Shown: positions 1 to 10,276, counted from the first letter of the stretch. The stretch: DNA of 64,000 nt from a bacterium (GCA_021785355.1 JAJYFR010000001.1:135096-199095), one strand, 5' to 3'. The notes: a model not told the origin generated them from the letters alone. Numbers and translations are program-made.

Positions 1-1
1 T

Positions 2-238
2 GTAGGAGAGAAAGAAATAAGAGCTTGGGTTATAAAGAAAGGTTCAAGTGCAATTGAGGCAGCTGGTGTTATACATACTGATTTTGTTAAAAATTTTATA
101 AAAATGGAAGTTGTAAGTTACGATGATTTTATTTCACTGAAGAGTTGGAATAACGCTCGTGATAAAGGTAAATTAAAAATTGTAGGAAGTGACTATATTA
201 TGAATGACGGAGATATAGTCATAGTGAGACACTCTTAA
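2..238 (+). CDS. ychF: C-terminal fragment (TGS-like domain) of ribosome-binding ATPase YchF/Obg-family GTPase; 5' end lies outside the window
   Basis: Frame-2 translation ...EKEIRAWVIKKGSSAIEAAGVIHTDFVKNFIKMEVVSYDDFISLKSWNNARDKGKLKIVGSDYIMNDGDIVIVRHS* resembles the conserved YchF C-terminus (G.AP.AAG.IH.DF..GFI.AEV...DD.........GK.R.EGK.Y.v.DGD...F). Stop TAA at 236-238. Confidence 0.6.
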   Translation, partial: VGEKEIRAWVIKKGSSAIEAAGVIHTDFVKNFIKMEVVSYDDFISLKSWNNARDKGKLKIVGSDYIMNDGDIVIVRHS

Positions 239-284
239 ATAGTATTAATTTTTTATTAATGTTTTAGTAATAGTATTTAATTAT

Positions 285-694
285 TGGAGATGGTGGGAAT
301 TGAACCCACATCCATGAAAAGAGTGGTATATATAGAATTACAAGTATATCAATTTTGTTTAGAGAATCTATACTTAAAAATTGTAAAAATATAAATTCTA
401 ATATTGCATGGATTTCATATTAACATTTTCAATATTTAAAAAGTTAATACTAACTTGTTTTTGTTTGAGCAAGACATACTTTACAAGTTTTATTATGTTC
501 TTACTTTAAATTTATTTAAGCTAAATTTAAATTATAGGAAGGTGAGACAAATGCTGTTTTTAAATTATCAACAAAAGCTGATACCTTACTTTTAATGTTG
601 TTTACATTTATTTTTTTTAATAATTTTGTAAAGATTATTAGAACTTTACTTGCCATACATACAACTTATTTTCTTGTCAAAACCGATCATCCCC
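285..694 (-). ncRNA. ssrA: transfer-messenger RNA (tmRNA, ssrA), about 410 nt, CCA not encoded
   Basis: Minus-strand 5' end GGGGAUGAUCGGUUUUGACAAG matches the tmRNA 5' consensus (GGGG.UGAUUC.GG.UUCGAC.GG). The 3' end ...GGAUGUGGGUUCAAUUCCCACCAUCUCC-A matches the tmRNA/tRNA-Ala-like T-arm plus acceptor. Acceptor GGGGAUG/CAUCUCC pairs 7 bp with a G3-U70 wobble, the alanine identity element. A candidate tag ORF ends ...SPSYNLNLA-TAA. The ORF track shows only small spurious ORFs here. Confidence 0.72.
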
Positions 695-816
695 AAGGAT
701 AATATTAGTACTATTGAAGTTTTTTCATTAAATAGTTATATTAATATTAATAATTATTGTTTTAAAGAGCAATTCAGTATGTATTTTACCATATTTACTA
801 ACAATTATTCAAGAAT

Positions 817-1407
817 ATGCATGATAAAAGTAAAAGAGATACTATCAATTTATTAAATAACATAAAAGAGCCTCAAAATTCTTTTGATTTATTCTATAAT
901 TGGGTATTTAGTTATGGAAAATATATATTAATTGGATTTGAAGTAATAGTAATACTTGTTTTTATAGCTAAAGTGACAGTAGATCAAGAATATAACTTTG
1001 CAGTTCAGTCTTCTCAGAATTTACAAAACAGATTAAATTCTCCTATTATTCAATCTGAAACAAGAAAAATAAACGCATATCAAAGTAAAATCTTAACAGT
1101 TCTGAATTTATATGATTATCACTATCATAGTGATTATATTTTAAATAAGATTCTAGCTTTGTCGAATCCAGGCATTTCCATGTCTTCTATTACTCTTAAT
1201 AACAACATATTAACAATTAATGGTACTTCATTAAATTATCAAGATTTACAAACTCTATCTAACTCTTTTCAAGCAGATAATAAAGATTTTTCTAATGTTT
1301 TGATTCCTTCACTTTCAGATTCTCAAAATAATCTAAGTGCTAGTAATATAACTTTTTCTTTGAGTGCTAAAATTATAATAAGTTCTTCTAGTGTAAGAAA
1401 ATTATGA
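817..1407 (+). CDS. PilN-like type IV pilus assembly inner-membrane protein (orphan copy, no adjacent pilM)
   Basis: Short cytoplasmic N-terminus with an INLL motif (cf. INLLP of PilN) and a single TM helix (YILIGFEVIVILVFIA). Periplasmic region carries ...ILALSNPGISMSSITLNNNILTINGTSLNYQDLQTLSNSFQ, the PilN-type L.l.G.a.s...v..f...L motif. Similar architecture to the pilN at 41885-42430. Confidence 0.5.
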   Translation: MHDKSKRDTINLLNNIKEPQNSFDLFYNWVFSYGKYILIGFEVIVILVFIAKVTVDQEYNFAVQSSQNLQNRLNSPIIQSETRKINAYQSKILTVLNLYDYHYHSDYILNKILALSNPGISMSSITLNNNILTINGTSLNYQDLQTLSNSFQADNKDFSNVLIPSLSDSQNNLSASNITFSLSAKIIISSSSVRKL

Positions 1408-2042
1408 ATAATATTAATGTTAAAAAAAGCAAAGAATTTCTATTAAATTCTTTTCAAAATAAGAAGTATCAATTATATTATTACTTAAGTGCTTCTTTAA
1501 TATTAATATTAATATTTATAATATTTATAATATATCCTTTAATTAATGTAATTTTTCAAGAATTAAATTCTGTGAATATCATTAATTCGCAAAATAATCA
1601 GATGCAACAAAGATATAACGATATTACTTCAAGTTATTATTTATATAATAAAAATATACGTCCTAATATAAATTATTTAAATAAATCTTTACCTAATGTT
1701 AAAGATACAGCCTTTATATTTGGTAATTTATATCAAATTATGCATAAAAGTAATATAGATTTAACTAATATTAATTTTAATGTGAGTGGTGGGAGTACAC
1801 TTCCTCCGCAGGTAAATGCATTATCTAAAAATTTTGATGTTGCTATTTCGGCTATAGGTAGTTATCAAGAATTAATATCATTTCTAGATTCAATTTCAAA
1901 TTATCCTCAGAGGATATTAATATATAATATTTCTTTTGTTCCAAATTTGACATCAAATGCTCAAGCGGTTCCTACAGGTAGTATGTTTACATCAACTGGG
2001 GCTATTACTTTTGATGCATTAATTTTTTATTCAAATTATTAA
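1404..2042 (+). CDS. PilO-like type IV pilus assembly protein (orphan copy)
   Basis: N-terminal TM helix (LSASLILILIFIIFIIYPLI). C-terminal VAISAIGSYQELISFLDSISNYPQRILIYNISF matches the PilO motif (v.l.G.Y..l..Fl..l...p..v.i..l.l). Start overlaps the preceding ORF (ATGA), suggesting translational coupling. Confidence 0.5.
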   Translation: MNNINVKKSKEFLLNSFQNKKYQLYYYLSASLILILIFIIFIIYPLINVIFQELNSVNIINSQNNQMQQRYNDITSSYYLYNKNIRPNINYLNKSLPNVKDTAFIFGNLYQIMHKSNIDLTNINFNVSGGSTLPPQVNALSKNFDVAISAIGSYQELISFLDSISNYPQRILIYNISFVPNLTSNAQAVPTGSMFTSTGAITFDALIFYSNY

Positions 2043-2045
2043 TAT

Positions 2046-2294
2046 ATGAAAAAATTTTTTAATATAATACTTCTTTCTTTTATAGTAATAGTGCTATGGA
2101 TTATATTTTCAATATATAATATAAGTCATAGCTCTCATCCTATAATTAGTGTGCCTCAACAATTATTATCAAATTTTAATGGCAATCTATATCAAACTAC
2201 ATTTGAGGATATTGTAAATAGGCAGCAGTATATTTGTGTAAATTCAGACTTTTTGCCAAAAAATAACTGTAAAGTAATTTTAGTGACTAAATAA
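2046..2294 (+). CDS. small membrane-anchored protein of unknown function (possible pilus-assembly accessory)
   Basis: 82-aa ORF with an N-terminal TM helix (IILLSFIVIVLWIIFSIY), 3 nt after the pilO-like gene on the same strand. No recognisable motif. Confidence 0.3.
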   Translation: MKKFFNIILLSFIVIVLWIIFSIYNISHSSHPIISVPQQLLSNFNGNLYQTTFEDIVNRQQYICVNSDFLPKNNCKVILVTK

Positions 2295-2319
2295 TAAAAA
2301 CATATAATAATATATATGT

Positions 2320-2348
2320 TTGACAAGTTTTGTGTGTTATGATAGTAT
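2320..2348 (+). promoter_or_regulatory. candidate sigma70-type promoter upstream of rpoB (TTGACA - 17 nt - TAGTAT)
   Basis: Perfect -35 hexamer TTGACA at 2320-2325, a 17-nt spacer, then TAGTAT (4/6 to TATAAT) at 2343-2348, about 115 nt upstream of the rpoB ATG. Confidence 0.35.
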
Positions 2349-2461
2349 TCATTATTATTGAATTCATACTATTTTTAATGAGTAATTGTCTGTTATTTTT
2401 TTAATTTTTTAATATAAGCTCTTTGTTGAGTTTATTTTTGTTTATATAAATATATAATATT

Positions 2462-5400
2462 ATGCATAATGGAAGAATAGATCTGTCAACTTCTTTTGAT
2501 GAAAATCAAAAATCATTTAATTACCCAAATCTCATAGATGCACAACTGAATTCTTATGAAGATTTTTTAGAAACAAATATAAAAGCCTTATTTAATGAGA
2601 TTAATCCAGTAGAAGATAATACAGGAAAACTTTGGTCTTTAGAATTTCTAGATCACCGTTTTGGAGATATAAATCGTTCTTCTAAGGAAGCTATAAGGAA
2701 AGGTTTGAGTTATGATAGACCTTTATATTTTACTGTACGTTTAACAAATAAAGTAACAGGAGAAATAAAGGAGCAAGAACTTTTTGTAGTAGAATTGCCT
2801 GTTATGACAGAATCTGGAAGTTTTATTATCAATGGACATGAAAGAGTTGTTATTCATCAGGTAGTAAGAGCAGAAGGTGTATTGTTTGGTGAGAATGGAG
2901 TTGGGTTTAATAAGAGACCTTTATATTCAGCTAAATTAGTTACAGCTATTGGTCCTTGGCTTACATTTGAAGTAAATAAACATAATGTAATATCTTTGAA
3001 ATTTGCTCCTAGAAAAAATAAAATACTTATTACAACTCTGCTTAGAGCTTTAGGTTATTCTACAAATTCAGATATATTGAATCTTTTTGCTGATATAGAT
3101 AATGATGTAGAAAAAAGATACATAGATGCAACTTTGGTAAAAGATACTTCTCATAATCAAACAGAAGCAGTTTTAGAAATATATAGAAAAATAAGGCCAG
3201 ATATTTCTATTAGCTATGATAATGCTTTAAATTATATTGAAAGTTTATTTTTTAATCCTAGAAAGTTATATTTAGGTAAAACTGGGAGATATAAATTAAA
3301 CAAAAGATTAGGTGTTAATAAACCTATTAAGGAAGAAAATTACGTTTTGACAAGAGATGACATTGTCGGAATAATAAGAAGATTAATCCTTGTTAATAAT
3401 GGTGAAGTTCCACCAGACGATATTGATTCTTTAAGTAATAGAAGAGTTAAGAGTGTAGGAGAGTTACTTTCTGATTATGTTAGAGTTGGAGTAAGGAGAG
3501 TTGAAAAAATAATTAAAGATAGAATGAGTATTATGTCTTCTGATGAAGTCTTAACACCTTCTATGCTTGTTAGTACAAAACCTTTTGTTTCTGTTATTAA
3601 TGAATTTTTTGGAAGTAGTGCAGTTTCAGTATCCGCAGATCAGGCAAATATTTTGAGTGAAATAAGTAATAAAAGAAGAGTTACTGCTGGGGGTCCAGGA
3701 GGTTTAACAAAGGAAAGTGCAACTTTCTCTGTTAGAGATATGCATTATTCTCAATATTCAAGATTTTGTCCAGTAGAAACACCTGAAGGTCAACATATTG
3801 GAATAGTAAATCATTTAAGTATTTATGCAAAGATAAATGATTATGGGTTCATTGAAACTCCTTATGAAAAAGTATTAAAAACTGTATCTTTTGATTCTAA
3901 GAAATTAAAAGGTCGTATTTTGAAAGGAAGTCTAAAATTAGGAGGAGAGACTTATAAATCAGGAACACGTATAGATTCAAAGTTATCAGATTTAATAAAG
4001 AAAGAAAAATTAAAAGATATTTCTGTTTTAGCTTATCTTTCAGGAGAAGTGATATATTTTGATGCAGATGAAGAATTTGATCTTTCAATTGCAAGTCTTA
4101 ATACAAAAATAGATAAGGAAGGTAACCTGTTAGATAATATTCTAGAAGTTAGATCTAAAGGAGAATATTCTTTAGGAAATGTAAATACTGTTGATTATAT
4201 AGAGGTTTCTACAACACAGATAGGTGGAGTTTCTTTAAATCTGATACCTTTTGCATCTGGGAATAAAGCAGATAGAACATTGATGGGATCTAACATGCAG
4301 AAGCAAGCAGTTCCTTTAGTTTCTCCTGAAGCTCCTATAATAGGAACAGGAGTAGAAAGAATTATTGCTGAAAATTCTCATAGAGCATATTTTGCTAAGG
4401 ATGATGGTGTTGTCGAATATGCAGATTCTAAAATGATTACTGTTAAATATAAAAATGGAGATAAGGAAACTTATTTTGCAGATAAATTTATTCCTACTAA
4501 TAAATCTACATCTTTCTCTCAAAAAGTTTTACTCAATAAGGGTACTGTCTTTTCTAAAGGGGATGTAATTGTTGATGGACCTAGTATGGATAAAGGAGAA
4601 TTAGCTTTAGGAAGAAATCTTCTTGTAGCTTACATGATGTATGAAGGTTATAACTATGAGGATGGAATTGTTATTTCTGAAAAATTAGTTAAAGAGGATT
4701 TATTAACTTCTGTTCATGTTAAATGTTATACACATGATATTAAAGAAACTAGATTAGGAGATGAAGTTACTACAAGAGATATACCTAATGTATCTTTAAC
4801 TGCTCTAAGAGATTTAGATGAAAATGGAATTGTAAGAGTAGGTGCACATGTAGAATCAGGTAGTATACTTGTTGGAATTGTTGCTCCTAAAGGTGAGGTT
4901 GAATTAACAGCGGAAGAGAAACTATTAAGATCAATATTTGGAGATATTGCAAAAGATGTTAGAGATAACTCTTTAAGAGTACCTAATGGAGAATCTGGAA
5001 TAGTAACAGATATTGAAGTTCTAGAAAGAAATGATGATTCTAATAAATTATCACCAGGTGTTATAAAACAAATTAAAGTATGGGTTGCAAGAACACATAA
5101 AATAGGTTTAGGAGATAAATTATCTGGTAGATTTGGAGATAAAGGTGTAATTTCAAAGATACTTCCTGTAGGGGATATGCCTTACTTAGAAGATGGAACA
5201 CCTGTAGATATAATAATATCTCCTTCAAGTATTACAAGAAGGTTAAATTTTGGTCAATTACATGAAATACATTATTCTAAACTTGCTGAAAAATTAAATA
5301 CAAAATTTGCTTTTCCTATTTTTTCTCAAATAGATGAAGAGAAAGTAGCAAAATTAATAAAAGATAATAATATAGGTGAGATAGAAGATAAAGTAGATTT

Positions 5401-5947
5401 ATATGATGGTAGAACAGGTGATAAATTTGATCACAAAATAACTGTGGGAAAAAGATATATATTGGTATTAGATCATTTAGCTGATACTAAGATTCATGCT
5501 AGATCTACTGGAAATTATACTGTTGTCAGTCAACAACCTTTAGGTGGAAAATCTAATATGGGAGGTATGAAATTTGGAGAAATGGAAGTATGGGCATTAG
5601 AAGCTTATGGAGCTGCATCTACATTGCAAGAAATGTTGTCAATAAAGTCAGATGATATTATCGGTAGATCAGAGGCATATAAATCTATTATTCATAATAA
5701 GAAGATTCAAATGGTAGGAATTCCTGAATCTTTTAAAGTTCTTTTATCTGAATTGAAATCTTTGTGTTTGAATATTGAACCAATAGATGTTGTTATAGAA
5801 AAAGAAGTAGAAGAAGAGGATTCTTATTTACCTGAAGATATAGTAATGGAAGATGTTGTTATGGAAGAAGGTGAGAATGAAATTATAGAAGGAGTAGCTG
5901 TTACAGCAGGTCCTGATAGTGTATTAGAAGAAGAATATAATAATTAA
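2462..5947 (+). CDS. rpoB: DNA-directed RNA polymerase subunit beta
   Basis: 1161 aa. Conserved blocks ...FFGSSAVSVSADQANILSEISNKRRV..., GRTGDKFDHKITVGKRYILVLDHLADTKIHARSTGNYTVVSQQPLGGKSNMGGMKFGEMEVWALEAYGAASTLQEMLSIKSDD. Confidence 0.97.
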   Translation: MHNGRIDLSTSFDENQKSFNYPNLIDAQLNSYEDFLETNIKALFNEINPVEDNTGKLWSLEFLDHRFGDINRSSKEAIRKGLSYDRPLYFTVRLTNKVTGEIKEQELFVVELPVMTESGSFIINGHERVVIHQVVRAEGVLFGENGVGFNKRPLYSAKLVTAIGPWLTFEVNKHNVISLKFAPRKNKILITTLLRALGYSTNSDILNLFADIDNDVEKRYIDATLVKDTSHNQTEAVLEIYRKIRPDISISYDNALNYIESLFFNPRKLYLGKTGRYKLNKRLGVNKPIKEENYVLTRDDIVGIIRRLILVNNGEVPPDDIDSLSNRRVKSVGELLSDYVRVGVRRVEKIIKDRMSIMSSDEVLTPSMLVSTKPFVSVINEFFGSSAVSVSADQANILSEISNKRRVTAGGPGGLTKESATFSVRDMHYSQYSRFCPVETPEGQHIGIVNHLSIYAKINDYGFIETPYEKVLKTVSFDSKKLKGRILKGSLKLGGETYKSGTRIDSKLSDLIKKEKLKDISVLAYLSGEVIYFDADEEFDLSIASLNTKIDKEGNLLDNILEVRSKGEYSLGNVNTVDYIEVSTTQIGGVSLNLIPFASGNKADRTLMGSNMQKQAVPLVSPEAPIIGTGVERIIAENSHRAYFAKDDGVVEYADSKMITVKYKNGDKETYFADKFIPTNKSTSFSQKVLLNKGTVFSKGDVIVDGPSMDKGELALGRNLLVAYMMYEGYNYEDGIVISEKLVKEDLLTSVHVKCYTHDIKETRLGDEVTTRDIPNVSLTALRDLDENGIVRVGAHVESGSILVGIVAPKGEVELTAEEKLLRSIFGDIAKDVRDNSLRVPNGESGIVTDIEVLERNDDSNKLSPGVIKQIKVWVARTHKIGLGDKLSGRFGDKGVISKILPVGDMPYLEDGTPVDIIISPSSITRRLNFGQLHEIHYSKLAEKLNTKFAFPIFSQIDEEKVAKLIKDNNIGEIEDKVDLYDGRTGDKFDHKITVGKRYILVLDHLADTKIHARSTGNYTVVSQQPLGGKSNMGGMKFGEMEVWALEAYGAASTLQEMLSIKSDDIIGRSEAYKSIIHNKKIQMVGIPESFKVLLSELKSLCLNIEPIDVVIEKEVEEEDSYLPEDIVMEDVVMEEGENEIIEGVAVTAGPDSVLEEEYNN

Positions 5948-5968
5948 TTTATTTTATATAAAGAAAAC

Positions 5969-8900
5969 ATGTTAAAAGATTTTAAAGCATTAAAAATAAC
6001 ATTAGCATCTCCTGATAGAATTTTAGAATGGTCAAAAGGGGAAGTTAAAAAAGCAGAAACAATTAATTATAGAACTCAGAGAGCTGAAGTTGGAGGATTA
6101 ATGTGTGAAAGAATTTTTGGTCCAACAAAAAATTATGAATGTTATTGTGGGAAATATAAAAAAATTAGATATAAAGGTATTATTTGTGATAAATGTGGAG
6201 TTGAAGTTACAACTAGAGGTGTTAGAAGGGAGAGATTAGGGCATATAAAATTAGCTTCACCAATAACACATATATGGTTTGTGCATGAAGTTCCTAACAA
6301 ATTAGCACTTCTTTTAGATATACCTCAAAAGAAATTAATATCCGTTATATATTTTTCTAGATACATTATTTTAAATGTTGATGAAGATAAAAAGAAACTT
6401 GCAATAGAATATGTTAAAGAAAAAGTTTCTAAAGATGATGCTGAATATAATAAGCAATTAGATGATAAAATTCAAAAATTAACAGTAGAAGAAGATAAAA
6501 GAATAAAAGATCTTATTAAAGATTTAAAGAAAGATGGAATAGAGGGTGAGTCTATAGATTTACAAGTTGAAAAAGAAAACTTTAAATTTAGACAGAAGAT
6601 AGCAAGATTAAGAGAAGAAGAAGCTTTATCATATGAAGATATATCTAAAGAAAATAATAATTTATTTGAACTTGTTAAAAAAATATCTTTAGGAGAAGTA
6701 ATTTCAGAAGAAGAGTATGGGAATTTATTAGATAATGATTTGGAATTTTATGAATTAGGTATGGGATCTGAATCAATTAGAACTCTTCTCTCGAAATTAG
6801 ATTTATCTAAATTATCAGAAGATCTATATAAAGATATAAATGCAAGATCTGCACAAAAGAGAGTAAGAGCTATACAAAGACTTAAAATAGTTGAAGGTTT
6901 TAGAAAAAATAATATGAAACCTGAATGGATGGTTTTGGATGTTATTCCAGTTATACCACCAGATTTAAGACCAATTATTCAATTATCTGGAGGTAAGTTT
7001 GCTACATCTGATTTAAATGATTTGTACAGAAGAGTAATCAATAGAAATAATAGGTTGAAAAAATTAATAGATTTAGGTGCACCAGATGTAATTTTAAGAA
7101 ATGAAAAAAGAATGTTACAAGAGAGTGTAGATGCGTTGTTTGATAATCAACACAGACCATCACCTCCTGTTGTAAATTCAAGAAGAATTCCTTATAAATC
7201 TTTATCTGATAATATTAGAGGTAAGCATGGTAGATTTAGAGAAAATTTATTAGGAAAAAGAGTAGATTATTCTGGTAGAGCAGTTATTACTAGTGGACCT
7301 GAGTTGTCATTGAGACAATGTGGTTTACCTAAAAAAATGGCATTAGAATTATTTAGACCTTTTGTAATGAGAGAGATTCTATTTAGAGGTCTTTCTCCTA
7401 ATATAAAAAGTGCAAAAGTTTTATTTGAAACAGAAACACCTGAAGTATGGGATATATTAGAAGATATCATTAAAGATAGACCAGTTTTACTTAATAGAGC
7501 TCCAACTTTACATAAACAAGGTATACAAGGATTTTACCCTATATTGGTAGAAGGAGATGCTATTAAATTACATCCATTGGTATGTGCAGGTTTTAATGCC
7601 GATTTTGATGGAGATGCTATGGTAGTACATGTTCCTTTATCAGAAGAAGCTATAGAAGAAGTAAAAAGTTTAACTATGGCAGATAGTAATTTATTTTTAG
7701 CATCAGATGCTACACCTATTGTAACTTTGAAAAAAGATATGGTTTATGGTTGTTTTTATCTTACATCAATAGATAAGGAGAATTTAAAATTAACATTTTC
7801 TTCATTTGAAGATTTACTTTCAGCATTTAATAAATCTTTAATTTCATTAAAAGAACTTGTAAAAGTTAGATCAAATGGAGTGATAATAGAAACTTCAGCA
7901 GGTAGAGTTATTTTTAATAATGCACTACATGGAAGTGTAGATAGTTTTATTAATGAACCTGTAAATGACTCAATAATAACTAATATTATTGTTAATGCAG
8001 TTGAATCAATAGGAAAAGAAGAGACATTATTAATGTTAGATGATCTTAAGACTTTAGGTTTTAAATTTGGTCTAAAATCAGACTTTTCAATTTCAATCGA
8101 AGATTGTGTAATTCTTTCTAATAAAGAAGAGATAATTGCTGAAGCTCAAGAAAAGGTAGAGCAAACATCTTCTAGTTTTATAGAAGGTTTAATTACGAGG
8201 AAAGAAAAAGCTCAATTATTAACTGAAATATGGAAAACTACTACAGATAAAATATCAGAGTTATCTTTAGAAAATTTAAAAGATGATAATATCTTTAAAA
8301 AGATAATAGATAATAAGTTTATGGGAGCTAATATAGATCAATTAAAGCAGATTATAGGAATGAAAGGTTTGGTTGTTGATCCTAATTCAAATATAGTAGA
8401 ATTACCTATTAAATCAAATTATGTAGAAGGTTTAAGTGTTTTTGAATATTTAGTTGAAGCTCGTTCTTCAAGAAAAGGTTTAGCTGATGTTGCTTTAAGA
8501 ACTTCTGATACAGGATACTTAACTAGAAGAATGATAGATGTATCTCAAGATGTAATAGTAAGGGAAGATGATTGTAATAATTATGGAGAAGGTTATGAAA
8601 TTTCAAAATCAGATGTTAGAACTTTAAGTTTTGAAGCAAGAATCTATGGTAGAGTTTTGTCAGATGATATTTTAGATACTAAAGGTAATGTTATTTATTC
8701 AAAAAATACTATTATCGATAGAAAAATTGCAAAAGATTTGTCAAATAATAAAGAAGTAGAAACTGTTTTTGTTAGAACTCCATTAACTTGTGGATCTCAG
8801 TATGGAATATGTAAATTATGTTATGGATATGATATGAGTGAAAGTCAAATGGTAGATATGGGTAAAGCTGTAGGTATTATAGCTGCTCAATCTTTGGGAC

Positions 8901-9832
8901 AAAAAGGTTCTCAATTAACATTGAACTCAAAGCATTTATCTGGAATTGTTGGTGCAGTAGATATGTCTAGAGGATACCCTAGAATTGAAGAACTATTGGA
9001 AGCAAGAATTCCTAAAGGAGAAGCAAGAATAGCAGATATTGACGGTATAGTACATATTGAGACAAATGATTTAGATGTAAGAGTAAAGATAGTCTCAGAA
9101 AAGAAGATAAGACAAGATTATGTATTAGTAAAAGGTGATATTCCTGCTTTTGAAGGAGAAAAAAAGGTTATACCAGGAACTTTATTATATACAACAAAAA
9201 ATCAGACTCAGGTAATATCTCCATTTAAGGGAATTGCAAAAATAGAAGAAGGAAAAGCTTATGTTGAAAGTTCTAAAATATTAGAAGTAGAATATAAATT
9301 TTTCCCAGATGAAATAATATTGGTTACTGAGGGAGAAAAAATTACAGCAGGAACATTACTTACAAAAGGTAATATAGATCCTAATGTTTTATTAAAAGCT
9401 GTTGGAATAAAACAGGCACAAAAATACATTATAGATAATCTTTTAGATACTTATGAAGCTCAAGGTATTAGTGTTTATGATAAGCATGTTGAGGTTATTG
9501 TAGCTCAAATGGGTAGATATGTTAAAGTAGTTGATCCTGGTGATAGTGATATCCTTCCTGGATCATATAAAGATATTTTCTTTATTAATGAAGATAATAA
9601 AAGATTAAAATTAACTGAAGGAAAATCAGTTAAATATGAAAGAAAATTATCTGGTATAACTTTTTCTGCTCTTCATACAGAAAGTTTCTTATCAGCTGCT
9701 TCTTTCCAAGAACAGGTTAGAGTACTTTCTGATGCTGCTATATCTGGAAAGATAGATCACTTGCGTGGATTAAAGGAAAATGTTATTATTGGACGTAAAA
9801 TTCCATCAGGAGAGAGTGCTAAATTAGTTTAA
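5969..9832 (+). CDS. rpoC: DNA-directed RNA polymerase subunit beta'
   Basis: 1287 aa. N-terminal zinc-binding CxxC...CxxC, catalytic NADFDGDAMVVHVPLS motif, and conserved ...RGLKENVIIGRKIP near the C-terminus. Confidence 0.97.
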   Translation: MLKDFKALKITLASPDRILEWSKGEVKKAETINYRTQRAEVGGLMCERIFGPTKNYECYCGKYKKIRYKGIICDKCGVEVTTRGVRRERLGHIKLASPITHIWFVHEVPNKLALLLDIPQKKLISVIYFSRYIILNVDEDKKKLAIEYVKEKVSKDDAEYNKQLDDKIQKLTVEEDKRIKDLIKDLKKDGIEGESIDLQVEKENFKFRQKIARLREEEALSYEDISKENNNLFELVKKISLGEVISEEEYGNLLDNDLEFYELGMGSESIRTLLSKLDLSKLSEDLYKDINARSAQKRVRAIQRLKIVEGFRKNNMKPEWMVLDVIPVIPPDLRPIIQLSGGKFATSDLNDLYRRVINRNNRLKKLIDLGAPDVILRNEKRMLQESVDALFDNQHRPSPPVVNSRRIPYKSLSDNIRGKHGRFRENLLGKRVDYSGRAVITSGPELSLRQCGLPKKMALELFRPFVMREILFRGLSPNIKSAKVLFETETPEVWDILEDIIKDRPVLLNRAPTLHKQGIQGFYPILVEGDAIKLHPLVCAGFNADFDGDAMVVHVPLSEEAIEEVKSLTMADSNLFLASDATPIVTLKKDMVYGCFYLTSIDKENLKLTFSSFEDLLSAFNKSLISLKELVKVRSNGVIIETSAGRVIFNNALHGSVDSFINEPVNDSIITNIIVNAVESIGKEETLLMLDDLKTLGFKFGLKSDFSISIEDCVILSNKEEIIAEAQEKVEQTSSSFIEGLITRKEKAQLLTEIWKTTTDKISELSLENLKDDNIFKKIIDNKFMGANIDQLKQIIGMKGLVVDPNSNIVELPIKSNYVEGLSVFEYLVEARSSRKGLADVALRTSDTGYLTRRMIDVSQDVIVREDDCNNYGEGYEISKSDVRTLSFEARIYGRVLSDDILDTKGNVIYSKNTIIDRKIAKDLSNNKEVETVFVRTPLTCGSQYGICKLCYGYDMSESQMVDMGKAVGIIAAQSLGQKGSQLTLNSKHLSGIVGAVDMSRGYPRIEELLEARIPKGEARIADIDGIVHIETNDLDVRVKIVSEKKIRQDYVLVKGDIPAFEGEKKVIPGTLLYTTKNQTQVISPFKGIAKIEEGKAYVESSKILEVEYKFFPDEIILVTEGEKITAGTLLTKGNIDPNVLLKAVGIKQAQKYIIDNLLDTYEAQGISVYDKHVEVIVAQMGRYVKVVDPGDSDILPGSYKDIFFINEDNKRLKLTEGKSVKYERKLSGITFSALHTESFLSAASFQEQVRVLSDAAISGKIDHLRGLKENVIIGRKIPSGESAKLV

Positions 9833-9838
9833 AAAAGT

Positions 9839-10252
9839 ATGTCTAGAATATCACAATTAGTAAGAAAACCTAGAAGAAGTAAATTAAAGAAAGTTAAGTA
9901 TAAGGCTTTATCTATTTCTTATAATACACTGAATAATAGGTATATAAAAACAAATTCTCCTTTTAAAAGAGGTGTTTGTACTGTAGTTAGAACAACTACT
10001 CCTAAAAAACCTAATTCAGCTTTACGTAAGATAGCTAGGATACGTCTTTCTAACAAAATGGAAGTTACTGCATATATTCCAGGTGAAGGGCATAAATTAC
10101 AGGAGCATTCTGTTGTTCTAATTAGAGCAGGAAGAGTGCCTGATGTTCCTGTTGCTAAATATCATGTAGTAAGAGGTACATATGATGATTCTGAAGGGGT
10201 TGAGAATAGGAAGAAAGCTAGATCAAGATATGGAACTAAAAGGTCGAAATAA
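9839..10252 (+). CDS. rpsL: 30S ribosomal protein S12 (with an N-terminal insertion of about 13 aa)
   Basis: [13 protein letters not shown]...[68 protein letters not shown] is canonical S12. It starts 7 nt after the rpoC stop. Confidence 0.93.
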   Translation: MSRISQLVRKPRRSKLKKVKYKALSISYNTLNNRYIKTNSPFKRGVCTVVRTTTPKKPNSALRKIARIRLSNKMEVTAYIPGEGHKLQEHSVVLIRAGRVPDVPVAKYHVVRGTYDDSEGVENRKKARSRYGTKRSK

Positions 10253-10276
10253 TAATTTAATTTTAAATTTTTTAAT

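Noticed and set aside
650-856. 68-aa plus-strand ORF overlapping the tmRNA 5' end
   Set aside because: Explained by the tmRNA gene on the opposite strand. AT-rich chance ORF.
3897-7470. Short minus-strand ORFs 3897-4094, 4316-4522, 7267-7470 inside rpoB/rpoC
   Set aside because: Entirely nested antisense within highly conserved RNA polymerase genes; no independent support.
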